DNA of 32,296 nucleotides, taken from NCBI GenBank assembly GCA_041495645.1, contig JBGQCZ010000001.1:1-32296 (forward strand), read 5' to 3'. The stretch comes from Gemmataceae bacterium (GTDB taxonomy: Bacteria; Planctomycetota; Planctomycetia; Gemmatales; Gemmataceae). The position numbers and the translations under genes were made by a program. Positions within the stretch are counted from its first letter, which is position 1, and every line of letters starts with the position of its first letter. Below the pieces are notes generated by a model, which was not told the origin of the DNA, made no database searches, and saw nothing but the letters and a program-made list of their open reading frames with translations. Of the stretch, positions 16,231 through 24,319 are shown in pieces.

Positions 16231-17595
16231 TCACAGGCAACGGAGGAAAGCCACCAGGTCCTTCTTCTCCGCTTCGGTCAGCTTCAGTTCCAGAACGAGA
16301 TTGAAGAATTCGACCGTGTCTTCCAGGGTCAGCAACCGGTCGTCGTGCAGATAGGGCGGCGAGTCCTTGATGCCTCGCAGCGGGAAGGTCTTGATCGGTC
16401 CGTCGGCGCTCGCCTTGCGGCCGTTGATCATGACTTCCTTGAAGAATCGTTCGACCTTCAGGTTATGCATCAGGTTGTCGGTGTAGTACGGCGGCGTGTG
16501 GCAGGTCGCGCACTGGGCCTTGCCGAAGAACAGTTCCTGGCCGCGAAGTTCGCTCTCGGTGGCTTTGGCTGGACTCAGCTTGCCAAAGATATTGAGCTTG
16601 GGAGCGGGCGGGAAATCGAGGATGTTCTCGACTTCGGCCATGAAATGCACCTGGCTGCCGCGTTCGAGAATGTTCACGCCTTTCTTCGTGGCCTGAACCG
16701 GATCGCCGTCGAAATAGGCGGCGCGTTGCTCGAACTCGGTGAAATCCTCGGCGCTCTTCATGGCCCGCTGCGAACCGAACAAGCGCTGGATGTTGAGACC
16801 GCGCAGCGACGGTGTATCGATGCGGTGGCGATGCTCGTTCGGTCGAATATCACCGACGGTGTGAGTGGCGGCGGTCGTATGGCCGTTGGCGTGGCAGTCG
16901 AAGCAAGCCACGCCCTGATGGGCCTTCAACGCGCGGCGGTCATCGGTGGCATTGAACTGCGCTTGGGCGAACGGCGTCACCAGCAGTCGCAAGCCTTCGA
17001 GTTGCTTCGGATTCACGATGTCTTTGAACAAGTCGTTGAAATTAGCCAAAGTCACCAACTTGCCTTTGGACACATCGCCGAGATCGGGGCGCGTCGTGAG
17101 ATAAATGGGCGCAGGGAATTCGGGCAGGAAATGGTCCGGCAGATCGAAGTCGAGATCGAAGCGCGTCAGGTCGCGCTCGGTCTGTTTCTTGGTTTCTTCG
17201 ATAAGGAACTTGGGGAAGATCATGCCGCCAGCTTCGTGATGCGGATGCGGCAGCGGGTAAAAACCAGCCGGCCAGGCGTTCCTTTCCTTGATCTCCTCGG
17301 GCATCATGGCCGCGAGTTTCTCCCACGTCATGCCCTCGGAAAGTTTGGCCCGCACACCGGCCTGAACGGCCTTGCCGCGCGCCATCGTGACGCCGTAGGC
17401 CGCGCGGTTGGCCAAGTCATATCGCTCGGCGAGCAGCTTTTGCTGGCGTTCGGCGAATGCCGGTTTCTCTTTTTCCAAACGGCTGACGAGCGTCGGGAAA
17501 TCTTCGTCGGCGGCAAATACGGTGAAGGCCCCGCAGACAATCAGAGCGCCGGCAGCCAGAGCCGGAATTCTCGCAATAGTGCGATTCGCATTCAT
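16231..17595 (-). CDS. Di-haem cytochrome c peroxidase / MauG-family protein, secreted
   Basis: ATG at 17595 with ggaga 6 nt upstream. Signal-like MNANRTIARIPALAAGALIVCGAFTVFA. Two CxxCH haem motifs (CFDCH, CATCH) with CCP/MauG-like spacing. Confidence 0.8.
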   Translation of the reverse strand: MNANRTIARIPALAAGALIVCGAFTVFAADEDFPTLVSRLEKEKPAFAERQQKLLAERYDLANRAAYGVTMARGKAVQAGVRAKLSEGMTWEKLAAMMPEEIKERNAWPAGFYPLPHPHHEAGGMIFPKFLIEETKKQTERDLTRFDLDFDLPDHFLPEFPAPIYLTTRPDLGDVSKGKLVTLANFNDLFKDIVNPKQLEGLRLLVTPFAQAQFNATDDRRALKAHQGVACFDCHANGHTTAATHTVGDIRPNEHRHRIDTPSLRGLNIQRLFGSQRAMKSAEDFTEFEQRAAYFDGDPVQATKKGVNILERGSQVHFMAEVENILDFPPAPKLNIFGKLSPAKATESELRGQELFFGKAQCATCHTPPYYTDNLMHNLKVERFFKEVMINGRKASADGPIKTFPLRGIKDSPPYLHDDRLLTLEDTVEFFNLVLELKLTEAEKKDLVAFLRCL

Positions 17596-17682
17596 GGTTG
17601 TTCTCCAAAGGTAGGCAAATCCACTTTTTCATGCTTATTGCCGTTGAGCCGATCGCCAACCTGCGAAATGTCGCCGAGCCGG

Positions 17683-18270
17683 CTAAGCCCCGCGCGCCCG
17701 CAACCCGGCCCAGACGACATCCACCATTTTCTTGAGATCGCGTTCGCGCGATAACGAGGCGCCGTGTGCCAAAACATTGCCGAGCGCCCAGTCGTGCGCG
17801 AGGCTCGCGAGGAGCTTGGCGGCAAGGGCTGCAGACGGCATGACAATCAACCGCCGACGCTTGAGTGACGCGAGCCGCTCCGCCAGACCAGCCTGAAGTG
17901 TCGCCGGTCCGCGCGGCTGCATGCGCGCGAGCGCGTGCGGGTCGAACGACGGATGCGTCATCACGCGCACCGCCAGCGGAATGATCTCGGCATAATACTT
18001 TCCGAGCCGAACGACAACCGCGCGCAAATAGGCGAGCGCATCGTCGGGCGGGTCCTTGGGTCCAAGCAATTGTTCGATGTCCGGTCCAGTGGCATGCATG
18101 GCGGCAAAGAACAAATGGTCTTTGCTGCCGAAGCGCTGATAGAGGATGGCTTCGGAGATACCGGCGGCCTCGGCGATCTCGCGCGTGGTTGCGGTATGTC
18201 CGTGGGCGCGAAAGATATCGCGCGCGACAACAAGCACGTCCTCATCCGAAATCGTCTTATGACGCCCCAT
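17683..18270 (-). CDS. TetR/AcrR-family transcriptional regulator
   Basis: ATG at 18270 (MGRHKTISDEDVLVVARDIFRAHGHTATTREIAEAAGISEAILYQRFGSKDHLF gives the TetR HTH). The track's longer 252-aa version reads through the upstream tandem repeat (RFRGRRPRLQQG twice) and is rejected. Confidence 0.85.
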   Translation of the reverse strand: MGRHKTISDEDVLVVARDIFRAHGHTATTREIAEAAGISEAILYQRFGSKDHLFFAAMHATGPDIEQLLGPKDPPDDALAYLRAVVVRLGKYYAEIIPLAVRVMTHPSFDPHALARMQPRGPATLQAGLAERLASLKRRRLIVMPSAALAAKLLASLAHDWALGNVLAHGASLSRERDLKKMVDVVWAGLRARGA

Positions 18271-18307
18271 GCGGGCCAGTGTATGGTGGATGTGAGCCGC
18301 ATACCAG

Positions 18308-18413
18308 CCTTGTTGTAGCCGGGGTCCGTGACCCCGGAACCGGCCTCGCAGCGGCCGGCAACCTTGTTGTAGCCGGGGTCTGCGACCCCGGAACCGGCCT
18401 CGCAGAGGCCGGC
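18308..18413. repeat. Two tandem copies of a 54-bp GC-rich element, each with two stem-loops
   Basis: Unit 1 at 18308-18361 and unit 2 at 18362-18413 differ at 3 positions. Each has ccggggtc/gaccccgg (8 bp, 3-nt loop) and ccggcc/ggccgg (6 bp, 7-nt loop). It lies in the divergent region between tetR and the 18553 gene. Confidence 0.85.
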
Positions 18414-18552
18414 TACGGAATCCGGCGCGACGACTTGACATATAAGCGAGTGCTTGCTAATATATTTCTCGCGTCGCCGCCGGGTTCTTCGCGGCCGGTC
18501 CGGCGGCAAGCAGTTCTTGAACGGTCGCGGTCCTCACCACGGAGTTCCAGTC

Positions 18553-18981
18553 ATGTTGAAAATCCACAAGTTTGCCTTGCCGGTCTGCACTGTGCTGGCA
18601 ATGGTTTGTCTGTCGGCCGCCGCGGAAGACAAGAAGGACGCCAAGCCCGCCCTGTCCGGAACATGGGCGAAGAAAGGCGGGGACCTCAAGTTCGAGTTTT
18701 CCGACAAGGACGTGATGAAGATCTCCCCGCATGGGGACAAAGCCGATATCGCCATCATCTGCAAGTATTCGATCGACAAAGACGGACTGGTCAAAGCCAA
18801 GCTGACCGAACTCGCAGGGAGCGCGGAATTGAAAGAGAAGGCGAAGGGGGTTCTACCGATTGGCCTGGAGTTCAGCTTCACGTACAAAATAAAGAACGAT
18901 GCCGCCACGCTCGATGACGTTAAGGGCGAGAACATCGAGACGCTGAAGTCGCATCTGGAAGGCGAATACGAGAAGAAGTGA
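18553..18981 (+). CDS. Hypothetical secreted 142-aa protein (Lys/Asp-rich, beta-rich)
   Basis: ATG at 18553 with ggag 8 nt upstream. Signal peptide MLKIHKFALPVCTVLAMVCLSAAAEDKK. Coding-like composition. No recognisable motif. Confidence 0.65.
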   Translation: MLKIHKFALPVCTVLAMVCLSAAAEDKKDAKPALSGTWAKKGGDLKFEFSDKDVMKISPHGDKADIAIICKYSIDKDGLVKAKLTELAGSAELKEKAKGVLPIGLEFSFTYKIKNDAATLDDVKGENIETLKSHLEGEYEKK

Positions 18982-19193
18982 CTCTCGGGCACGCTCCCGG
19001 TTGGCCAACGGCCAATCGGGAACGGGCCTCGATTTATTGTTTGACCGGTCGAGGTCTTTGTTCTAGCGTTCATTAGAGCATCCGCAACCCTGGACGCGGT
19101 GCTCCCTCCAGTGCGCGCAATCTGGCCGTCGACATCTCGCCCGCCTTCTTTCCCATTTGGAGCCGGCGTCGCCGTCATCGAGGATACTGCGCC

Positions 19194-19388
19194 ATGCGTC
19201 GTTTTATCAGGCGTTTGCTGGGATTTGCGCGACGTGAAGATGGCCCGACCGGGGTCGAGTACGCGGTCATGTTGGCGCTCATCGTTGTCGTTTGCGCTGC
19301 GTCCGTCAAGGCGCTCGGCAAAGACTCGCGACGCGACTTCCGGAAGGTTTCCCGGACGATCAAGAAAGCGAACGCCGTCCACCACTGA
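19194..19388 (+). CDS. Flp/Fap-family type IVb pilin
   Basis: 64 aa. Basic leader, then the Flp motif G-x-T-x-x-E-Y (GPTGVEYAVMLALIVVV) and a hydrophobic helix. gagga lies upstream of the ATG. Confidence 0.75.
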   Translation: MRRFIRRLLGFARREDGPTGVEYAVMLALIVVVCAASVKALGKDSRRDFRKVSRTIKKANAVHH

Positions 19389-19477
19389 AGTTAGGCTATT
19401 CAGAGGCAAGTCTTGGCGCGTTTCCGAGGAATTCTCGGTACGTTTGCCATTTCTTTTCCGTACGACCGAACAACCGA

Positions 19478-21100
19478 CTACGCGCGCGACGACACGAGTT
19501 CGCGCTTCAACACTTTCCCGGCCGCGTTGCGCGGTAACTGTGAAAGGAATATAAACTCGCGCGGCACTTTGAAACGCGCGATGCGCTCTTTGAGATAATT
19601 GCGCAGGGATTCCTCATCGATTGCTTCTCCGGCGCGAACTACTACGAAGGCCTTGAGACGCTGGCCGAATTTCTCGTCGGCCACGCCGATCACCGCCGCT
19701 TCCATAACCGCCGGGTGATTCGCGAGCAGTTCCTCCACTTCGAGCGGAAAGACTTTCTCGCCGCCCGAAACAATCATGTCGTCGATCCGGCCATCGATGA
19801 ACAATCGGCCGTCGGCATCGACGTGGCCCAGGTCGCCGGTGCTCATGAAGCCGTCGATCGTCTCTTTGTTGCCGCCGCCGACGTAGCCGGCGAACACCAG
19901 ACCGGTCCGCAAAAAGACCCGGCCGATTTGCCCGGCCGCCACTTCCTGCCCGGCCGAGTCGATCAGTCGAATCGACGTGCCCGCCGGCGGATAGCCCACG
20001 GTGCCGGGCGCTGCCAGCAGATCTTCTGGCGTGGCAATCGCGCCGAAGCCGGTTTCCGAGGAGCCGTACAGATCGTAGAGACATGGGCCGAATGCCTGCA
20101 TGAATCGACTGCCGAGCGATGCGCCCAACGCCGCCCCAGACGACAGCACCGCCTTGAGCGAGGACAGATCGTATTGCGAGCGAATCGGCTCCGCAAGTTC
20201 CAAGAGCCGCTTGAGCATCGTCGGCACGGCGATCAGCACTTCCACCCGGTGCCTGACGATGTCGGCCAGAATCTCATCGGGATCGGCGCGGCGGCGCAGC
20301 ACGATGGTCGCCCCGAGCAGCAGCGCAACACCGAGAAAAGCCAGGCCGAAGCCGTGAAAGACCGGCGATGCAATCATCACCGTGGTTTTGGCATGCAGTG
20401 GAACCTTGGTCAGCAAGGTGGCGAGCGGACCGGATACCGCCCGGAACTTCGGGGCCCGGGCAGCGCCCTTGGGCACCCCGGTTGTGCCCGATGTGAGAAT
20501 GACGATCTTGCCCGACTCGCGCGAAATCGCCAGCGGTCCGGAGGATGTGCGGATCAAGTCCTCGACCGTCAACCCGTCCGATTCCGATCCCGTCACGATC
20601 CGATTGCCGGCGTAGGCCGATTGCTCGAAGGCGGGGGTAAACTCCGGATCGTGAATCGCGCAGCCCAATTGGTGATGGCCGAGGACCTGCGCCAATTGCG
20701 GGCCGGGAAACTCGGTGTTGAGCAAGAGAGCGTCGGCGCTCGCGGTCGAAGCGGCCAGCACCGCTTCGATGAACGTCCGGTGGTTGCGGCACATGATCGC
20801 CACTCCCATGTCCGGACCGACATGGAACCGTTCGTGCAGCGCGGAGGCCAGCTTTTGCACGCGATCGTAAAGCGCCTCAAAGGTGATCGTGCCGAAATCG
20901 TCCGCCACGGCGACGTGGTGTGGATCGCGCGCCGCGGCGATGGCGATGAAACTGCTCGGCCGGAAGCCGTGGGTGTGGATCGCCCGCGCCATTTTCAAGA
21001 GCGTGCGCGGGTTCCAGGTCATCAGCCCGGCCTTGCGAAAGGCCCGAGCGAGCGTTGGCCCCGCGTCCGTTTCGGTCTCGTTGGCAGCGCTTGCTTTCAC
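19478..21100 (-). CDS. AMP-dependent synthetase/ligase (acyl-CoA synthetase, FadD-like)
   Basis: ANL-superfamily motifs ILTSGTTGVPKGA, YGSSETG, TGDLGHVDADGRLFIDGRIDD and a C-terminal GKVLKREL. I place the start at GTG 21100, which forms GTGA with the upstream SDR stop. The alternative is ATG 21022. Confidence 0.8.
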   Translation of the reverse strand: MKASAANETETDAGPTLARAFRKAGLMTWNPRTLLKMARAIHTHGFRPSSFIAIAAARDPHHVAVADDFGTITFEALYDRVQKLASALHERFHVGPDMGVAIMCRNHRTFIEAVLAASTASADALLLNTEFPGPQLAQVLGHHQLGCAIHDPEFTPAFEQSAYAGNRIVTGSESDGLTVEDLIRTSSGPLAISRESGKIVILTSGTTGVPKGAARAPKFRAVSGPLATLLTKVPLHAKTTVMIASPVFHGFGLAFLGVALLLGATIVLRRRADPDEILADIVRHRVEVLIAVPTMLKRLLELAEPIRSQYDLSSLKAVLSSGAALGASLGSRFMQAFGPCLYDLYGSSETGFGAIATPEDLLAAPGTVGYPPAGTSIRLIDSAGQEVAAGQIGRVFLRTGLVFAGYVGGGNKETIDGFMSTGDLGHVDADGRLFIDGRIDDMIVSGGEKVFPLEVEELLANHPAVMEAAVIGVADEKFGQRLKAFVVVRAGEAIDEESLRNYLKERIARFKVPREFIFLSQLPRNAAGKVLKRELVSSRA

Positions 21101-22035
21101 GGCTGGTCGCCCCGGGGAGTCTTCTCGGTGTGCGAGCCCATGGCACTCGGGCTGTCCTTGCTGCGGCGGAAATAGTATCCCGCCGCCCATTCGAGCGGCC
21201 GGCGAAACAGCAGCGATAATATCTCACCGCCAAACAACCACCAAGGGGCAATTCGCTTGGGCCGGCGGACGATCGCGCGAGCCACCAGACCGGCCGCCTC
21301 TTCTGGATACATCCCCGGCAGGCTGCGAATGCTCGGCGTCGGCGCGCTCATGCGCGTGTAGACGAGCGGCATGTAGATCGACGTGGTCGCCACGCCGTCG
21401 CCGCACGATTCAATGCCCATGCTGCGAAACCAGACATCGAAGGCCGTCTTCGACGCCTGATAGGCGCCCCAACGCGGGCCGGGAAGCGCCCGCACACCGA
21501 TGGTCGAGATATTGATGATTTGCCCGCTCCGTCGCTGGCGCATCACCGGCAGCAACGCGAGAATCAGGCGAACCGGGCCGAGATAGTTCACGCCGATGGT
21601 TCGCTCGAAATCGTGGAATCGGTCGTACGACAGTTCGACTGATCGGCGAATCGACTTGCCGGCGTTGTTGACGAGAATGTCGATCGTGCCGTGGGTTGCG
21701 AGCAGTTGTTTTTCGAGCGCAGCGACGGCGTTCATGTCCATTAGATCGGCGGCATAAACCTCCGCGCTACCGCCATGCTTTCGTATTTCCGTCACGATTT
21801 CGTCGAGCTTTTCTTGGGTGCGTGCGACCAACAGAACTCTCGCGCCCGCCGAGGCGAGCAGATGAGCGCAGGCCTCGCCGATGCCGAACGAGGCACCCGT
21901 AATCAACACGGTCTTGCCCGCGACCCCGGCCCGCAACTTTCGCGGACTCGGCGCTCCGCCCGGATTGATCAACCACGAGAGGACGCGTGTGAACAGCTTT
22001 GGCCGTGGCCATTCGTTGGGGTCGAGCTCACTCAT
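21097..22035 (-). CDS. Short-chain dehydrogenase/reductase (SDR) family oxidoreductase
   Basis: ATG at 22035 (MSELDPNEW...). Rossmann motif TVLITGASFGIGEA, NNAG, and YQASK (YxxxK). The track's 433-aa form is an over-extension. Confidence 0.85.
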   Translation of the reverse strand: MSELDPNEWPRPKLFTRVLSWLINPGGAPSPRKLRAGVAGKTVLITGASFGIGEACAHLLASAGARVLLVARTQEKLDEIVTEIRKHGGSAEVYAADLMDMNAVAALEKQLLATHGTIDILVNNAGKSIRRSVELSYDRFHDFERTIGVNYLGPVRLILALLPVMRQRRSGQIINISTIGVRALPGPRWGAYQASKTAFDVWFRSMGIESCGDGVATTSIYMPLVYTRMSAPTPSIRSLPGMYPEEAAGLVARAIVRRPKRIAPWWLFGGEILSLLFRRPLEWAAGYYFRRSKDSPSAMGSHTEKTPRGDQP

Positions 22036-22109
22036 GGATGTGCGCTCTTGTTGAGACGTTAGGCTTACGCGAAACCCAATCGATTCCTTACGAAAGACCA
22101 ACCCATTCC

Positions 22110-23207
22110 TTACCGAACGACTTCGACCAAAAACAGCGGCCGAATCGGCAGGCGCGCGGAAGCTTGCGGAATTGGAAGAAAATTCACCTGAATTTCGCCC
22201 GTTCCCGGCTTTACTCCGTGAAGCGTGTACCAGAACGACAGGATGCTTTTCTTTCGCGGCGGAAAGGAACGCTGCTCCGCCGATAGACCCTTGAGGCGTG
22301 CGCGGAATACACGTCTTCCATTCGCTTCTTCGTTGGTGATTTCCGCAACGAATCGCACCATGCCTCCGGCAAGAACATGTTCGATCCCCAGACTCCAATG
22401 GCCTTCGCCCTGCGTCACGGTGACGATTCCCGAATCGATCGCTGAGCCCGAGAACTCCAGTACCGGGTCGACAAATGCCGCCGCGCGTCCGTTCAACTCA
22501 AAGGCGCTCGAAACGTCTTTCCCTACCACAATCTGTCGCGTGAGGGTCGGTTCCTTGTAGGCCAGCTTTTGTTTCACCGGCAATGCGCCGCCCGGCTGCG
22601 GACGCGAACGAAAAAAGTATCGCTGTTGATTCGGCAGCGGCTGTGTTTCCAGATCGCGGGAAACGCGAGTCGCATGCTCGACGGGCAACCCGACGAGGCC
22701 GCAGAGGCGCGCAAGCAGATCATCCGCGAAAAGCAGCGCCTTCTCCGACAGCGTCTGCAACTCATCTGCCCCGATAGGGCGTTCAAATGTCCGACTCCAC
22801 TCCTGTGCTCGCTTCTCGGGCGGCCAGTTCTTGGTTCGTCCCGGAAGCAGGCCCCTGCCCGACGCGTAGCCATCGACCTGCTTCCCGTTCTCGAAAAGAA
22901 GGAAGCCGAACACATCGCTGTCCCAAACCGCCGTAAGCAGCACGGGGCGCTTCGAGACTTCGGAAAGCTTTTTCCCCAGGCCCGTGAACTCTTCGGTAAC
23001 CGCGTCCGGATTTGAGAGATCGAGGAGAGTGACCCATGGCGGCGCGGAGACTGCAATCAGTTCGCGATCGGCCTCTCCGGAGTTGTCGATGCAGTCAAAT
23101 CCGAGCCGATCTCCCGTGACCCGCATGAGTTCTTCGAGAGGCAACTTCGGCGTTGCGCTCGAGGCATCGGGTGAAAAAACGTGAAGGGTCGCGCACGTCA
23201 GTCCCAT
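22110..23207 (-). CDS. Hypothetical 365-aa protein (two-domain, soluble, no recognisable motif)
   Basis: Long ORF with coding-like composition, downstream of and close to the 68-aa gene. Start is ATG 23207 (MGLTCATLHVF...) or GTG 23219. It is 74 nt upstream of the SDR gene on the same strand. Confidence 0.6.
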   Translation of the reverse strand: MGLTCATLHVFSPDASSATPKLPLEELMRVTGDRLGFDCIDNSGEADRELIAVSAPPWVTLLDLSNPDAVTEEFTGLGKKLSEVSKRPVLLTAVWDSDVFGFLLFENGKQVDGYASGRGLLPGRTKNWPPEKRAQEWSRTFERPIGADELQTLSEKALLFADDLLARLCGLVGLPVEHATRVSRDLETQPLPNQQRYFFRSRPQPGGALPVKQKLAYKEPTLTRQIVVGKDVSSAFELNGRAAAFVDPVLEFSGSAIDSGIVTVTQGEGHWSLGIEHVLAGGMVRFVAEITNEEANGRRVFRARLKGLSAEQRSFPPRKKSILSFWYTLHGVKPGTGEIQVNFLPIPQASARLPIRPLFLVEVVR

Positions 23208-23228
23208 TACGACACCCACATCATCGAA

Positions 23229-23435
23229 TCAGGAACGACCTTCATAGCGCAGCTTCCTGACGGCCTCATCAATGTCATCATCGGTCAAGCCGGCGGCATG
23301 AAACGCCCGCGTCGCGTCCGCACGCTCCTTATCCCATGCCTTCTGGTCGAGTTCGTCGAGCAGTCGAAACAACTCGTCACGCTCCGCGTCCGTCATTCCT
23401 CTTACGATCGTCATGACTTCTTCTACTGCGGGCAT
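23229..23435 (-). CDS. Hypothetical 68-aa acidic helical protein
   Basis: ATG at 23435 is preceded by gggagg with a spacer of about 6 nt. MPAVEEVMTIVRGMTDAERDELFRLLDELDQKAW... The stop lies 9-21 nt before the next gene. Confidence 0.55.
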   Translation of the reverse strand: MPAVEEVMTIVRGMTDAERDELFRLLDELDQKAWDKERADATRAFHAAGLTDDDIDEAVRKLRYEGRS

Positions 23436-23560
23436 TTGACCCCTCCCTTCAGGCTTCATCATTATATTGCCGCCTGCGCGCGGCCCTTGCACTTTCTACC
23501 CGCACTTTTCACAATACTTCCGTGGTCCGCACTGGGCCTTCTATCGTTCGGAATCGCGAC

Positions 23561-24271
23561 ATGCAGATCTACCCGGCGATCGACCTGCGCGGCGGTTGTT
23601 GCGTACGCCTCAAGCAGGGCGACTATGCCCAGGAAACCATTTACGACGCCGATCCAGTCGCGGTGGCACGACGTTGGGAAAAGCAGGGCGCCGGCTGGTT
23701 GCATCTCATTGACCTGGACGGCGCCAAGACCGGCCGCCCGGTAAACGGCGACACCATCCGCGCCATTCGGCGGGCCGTGAAGATTCCCTGCCAGGTGGGC
23801 GGGGGACTGCGTGACGATTCGCATGTTGATTCCGTGCTGTCGTTGGGTGTCGAGCGCGTGGTGGTAGGCACGCGAGCGTTGGCGGACCCGGCATGGTTTC
23901 GCGGCATTTGCGAGCGGCACCCCAATCGGATCGTGCTTGGCCTCGATGCTCGTGCCGGCCTGGTCGCGACGCATGGCTGGCTCGAACAATCGCAACATTC
24001 GGCGGTGGACGTGGCCCGTCTCGCCTCTGCCTGGCCGCTGGCCGCAATCGTCTACACCGACATCCTAAGAGACGGCATGCTCGAAGGTCCGAACTTCGAT
24101 TCGCTCGAGGAAATACGACAAGCCGTGTCGGTGGACGTGATCGCCTCGGGCGGGGTCACGACCGTCGCTGACGTGAAGCACCTGGCGGAATTGAAGCTCG
24201 CCGGTTGCATCATCGGCCGGGCGCTCTACGAAGGCCGGATCAATCTCGCGGAGGCTTTAGCGGTGATTTGA
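23561..24271 (+). CDS. hisA: 1-(5-phosphoribosyl)-5-[(5-phosphoribosylamino)methylideneamino]imidazole-4-carboxamide isomerase
   Basis: MQIYPAIDLRGGCCVRLKQGDY...WLHLIDLDGAK...QVGGGLR...ASGGV are classical HisA motifs. ATG at 23561. Confidence 0.9.
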   Translation: MQIYPAIDLRGGCCVRLKQGDYAQETIYDADPVAVARRWEKQGAGWLHLIDLDGAKTGRPVNGDTIRAIRRAVKIPCQVGGGLRDDSHVDSVLSLGVERVVVGTRALADPAWFRGICERHPNRIVLGLDARAGLVATHGWLEQSQHSAVDVARLASAWPLAAIVYTDILRDGMLEGPNFDSLEEIRQAVSVDVIASGGVTTVADVKHLAELKLAGCIIGRALYEGRINLAEALAVI

Positions 24272-24277
24272 TACCTC

Positions 24278-24301
24278 CGCTTGCGGGTTAAACCGCAAGC
24301 G
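24278..24301 (+). other. Perfect 9-bp stem / 6-nt loop hairpin in the hisA-EF-G spacer
   Basis: cgcttgcgg (24278-24286) pairs with ccgcaagcg (24293-24301), loop gttaaa. There is no U-tract. The same GCTTGCG/CGCAAGC core occurs at 3823-3849. Confidence 0.5.
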
Positions 24302-24319
24302 ACTCTCCCTGGAGTATTC

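Noticed and set aside
14686-17754. 489-aa (14686..16155) and 519-aa (16195..17754) plus-strand ORFs
   Set aside because: They are antisense to the capA-like and di-haem peroxidase genes, both of which have clear family motifs. They are shadow ORFs.
18271-18441. N-terminal extension of the TetR ORF (RFRGRRPRLQQG twice)
   Set aside because: The extension is a translation of the 54-bp tandem DNA repeat. The TetR HTH begins right after the internal ATG at 18270.
19715-21175. 486-aa plus-strand ORF
   Set aside because: It is antisense to the acyl-CoA synthetase gene and has no motifs. It is a shadow ORF.
21101-21190. Longer start for the acyl-CoA synthetase (track start 21190) and long starts for the SDR (22398) and SBP56 (11554) ORFs
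   Set aside because: These upstream extensions overlap neighbouring genes or intergenic DNA. They precede better-supported starts (GTGA coupling, or ATG with an SD and the expected N-terminal motifs).
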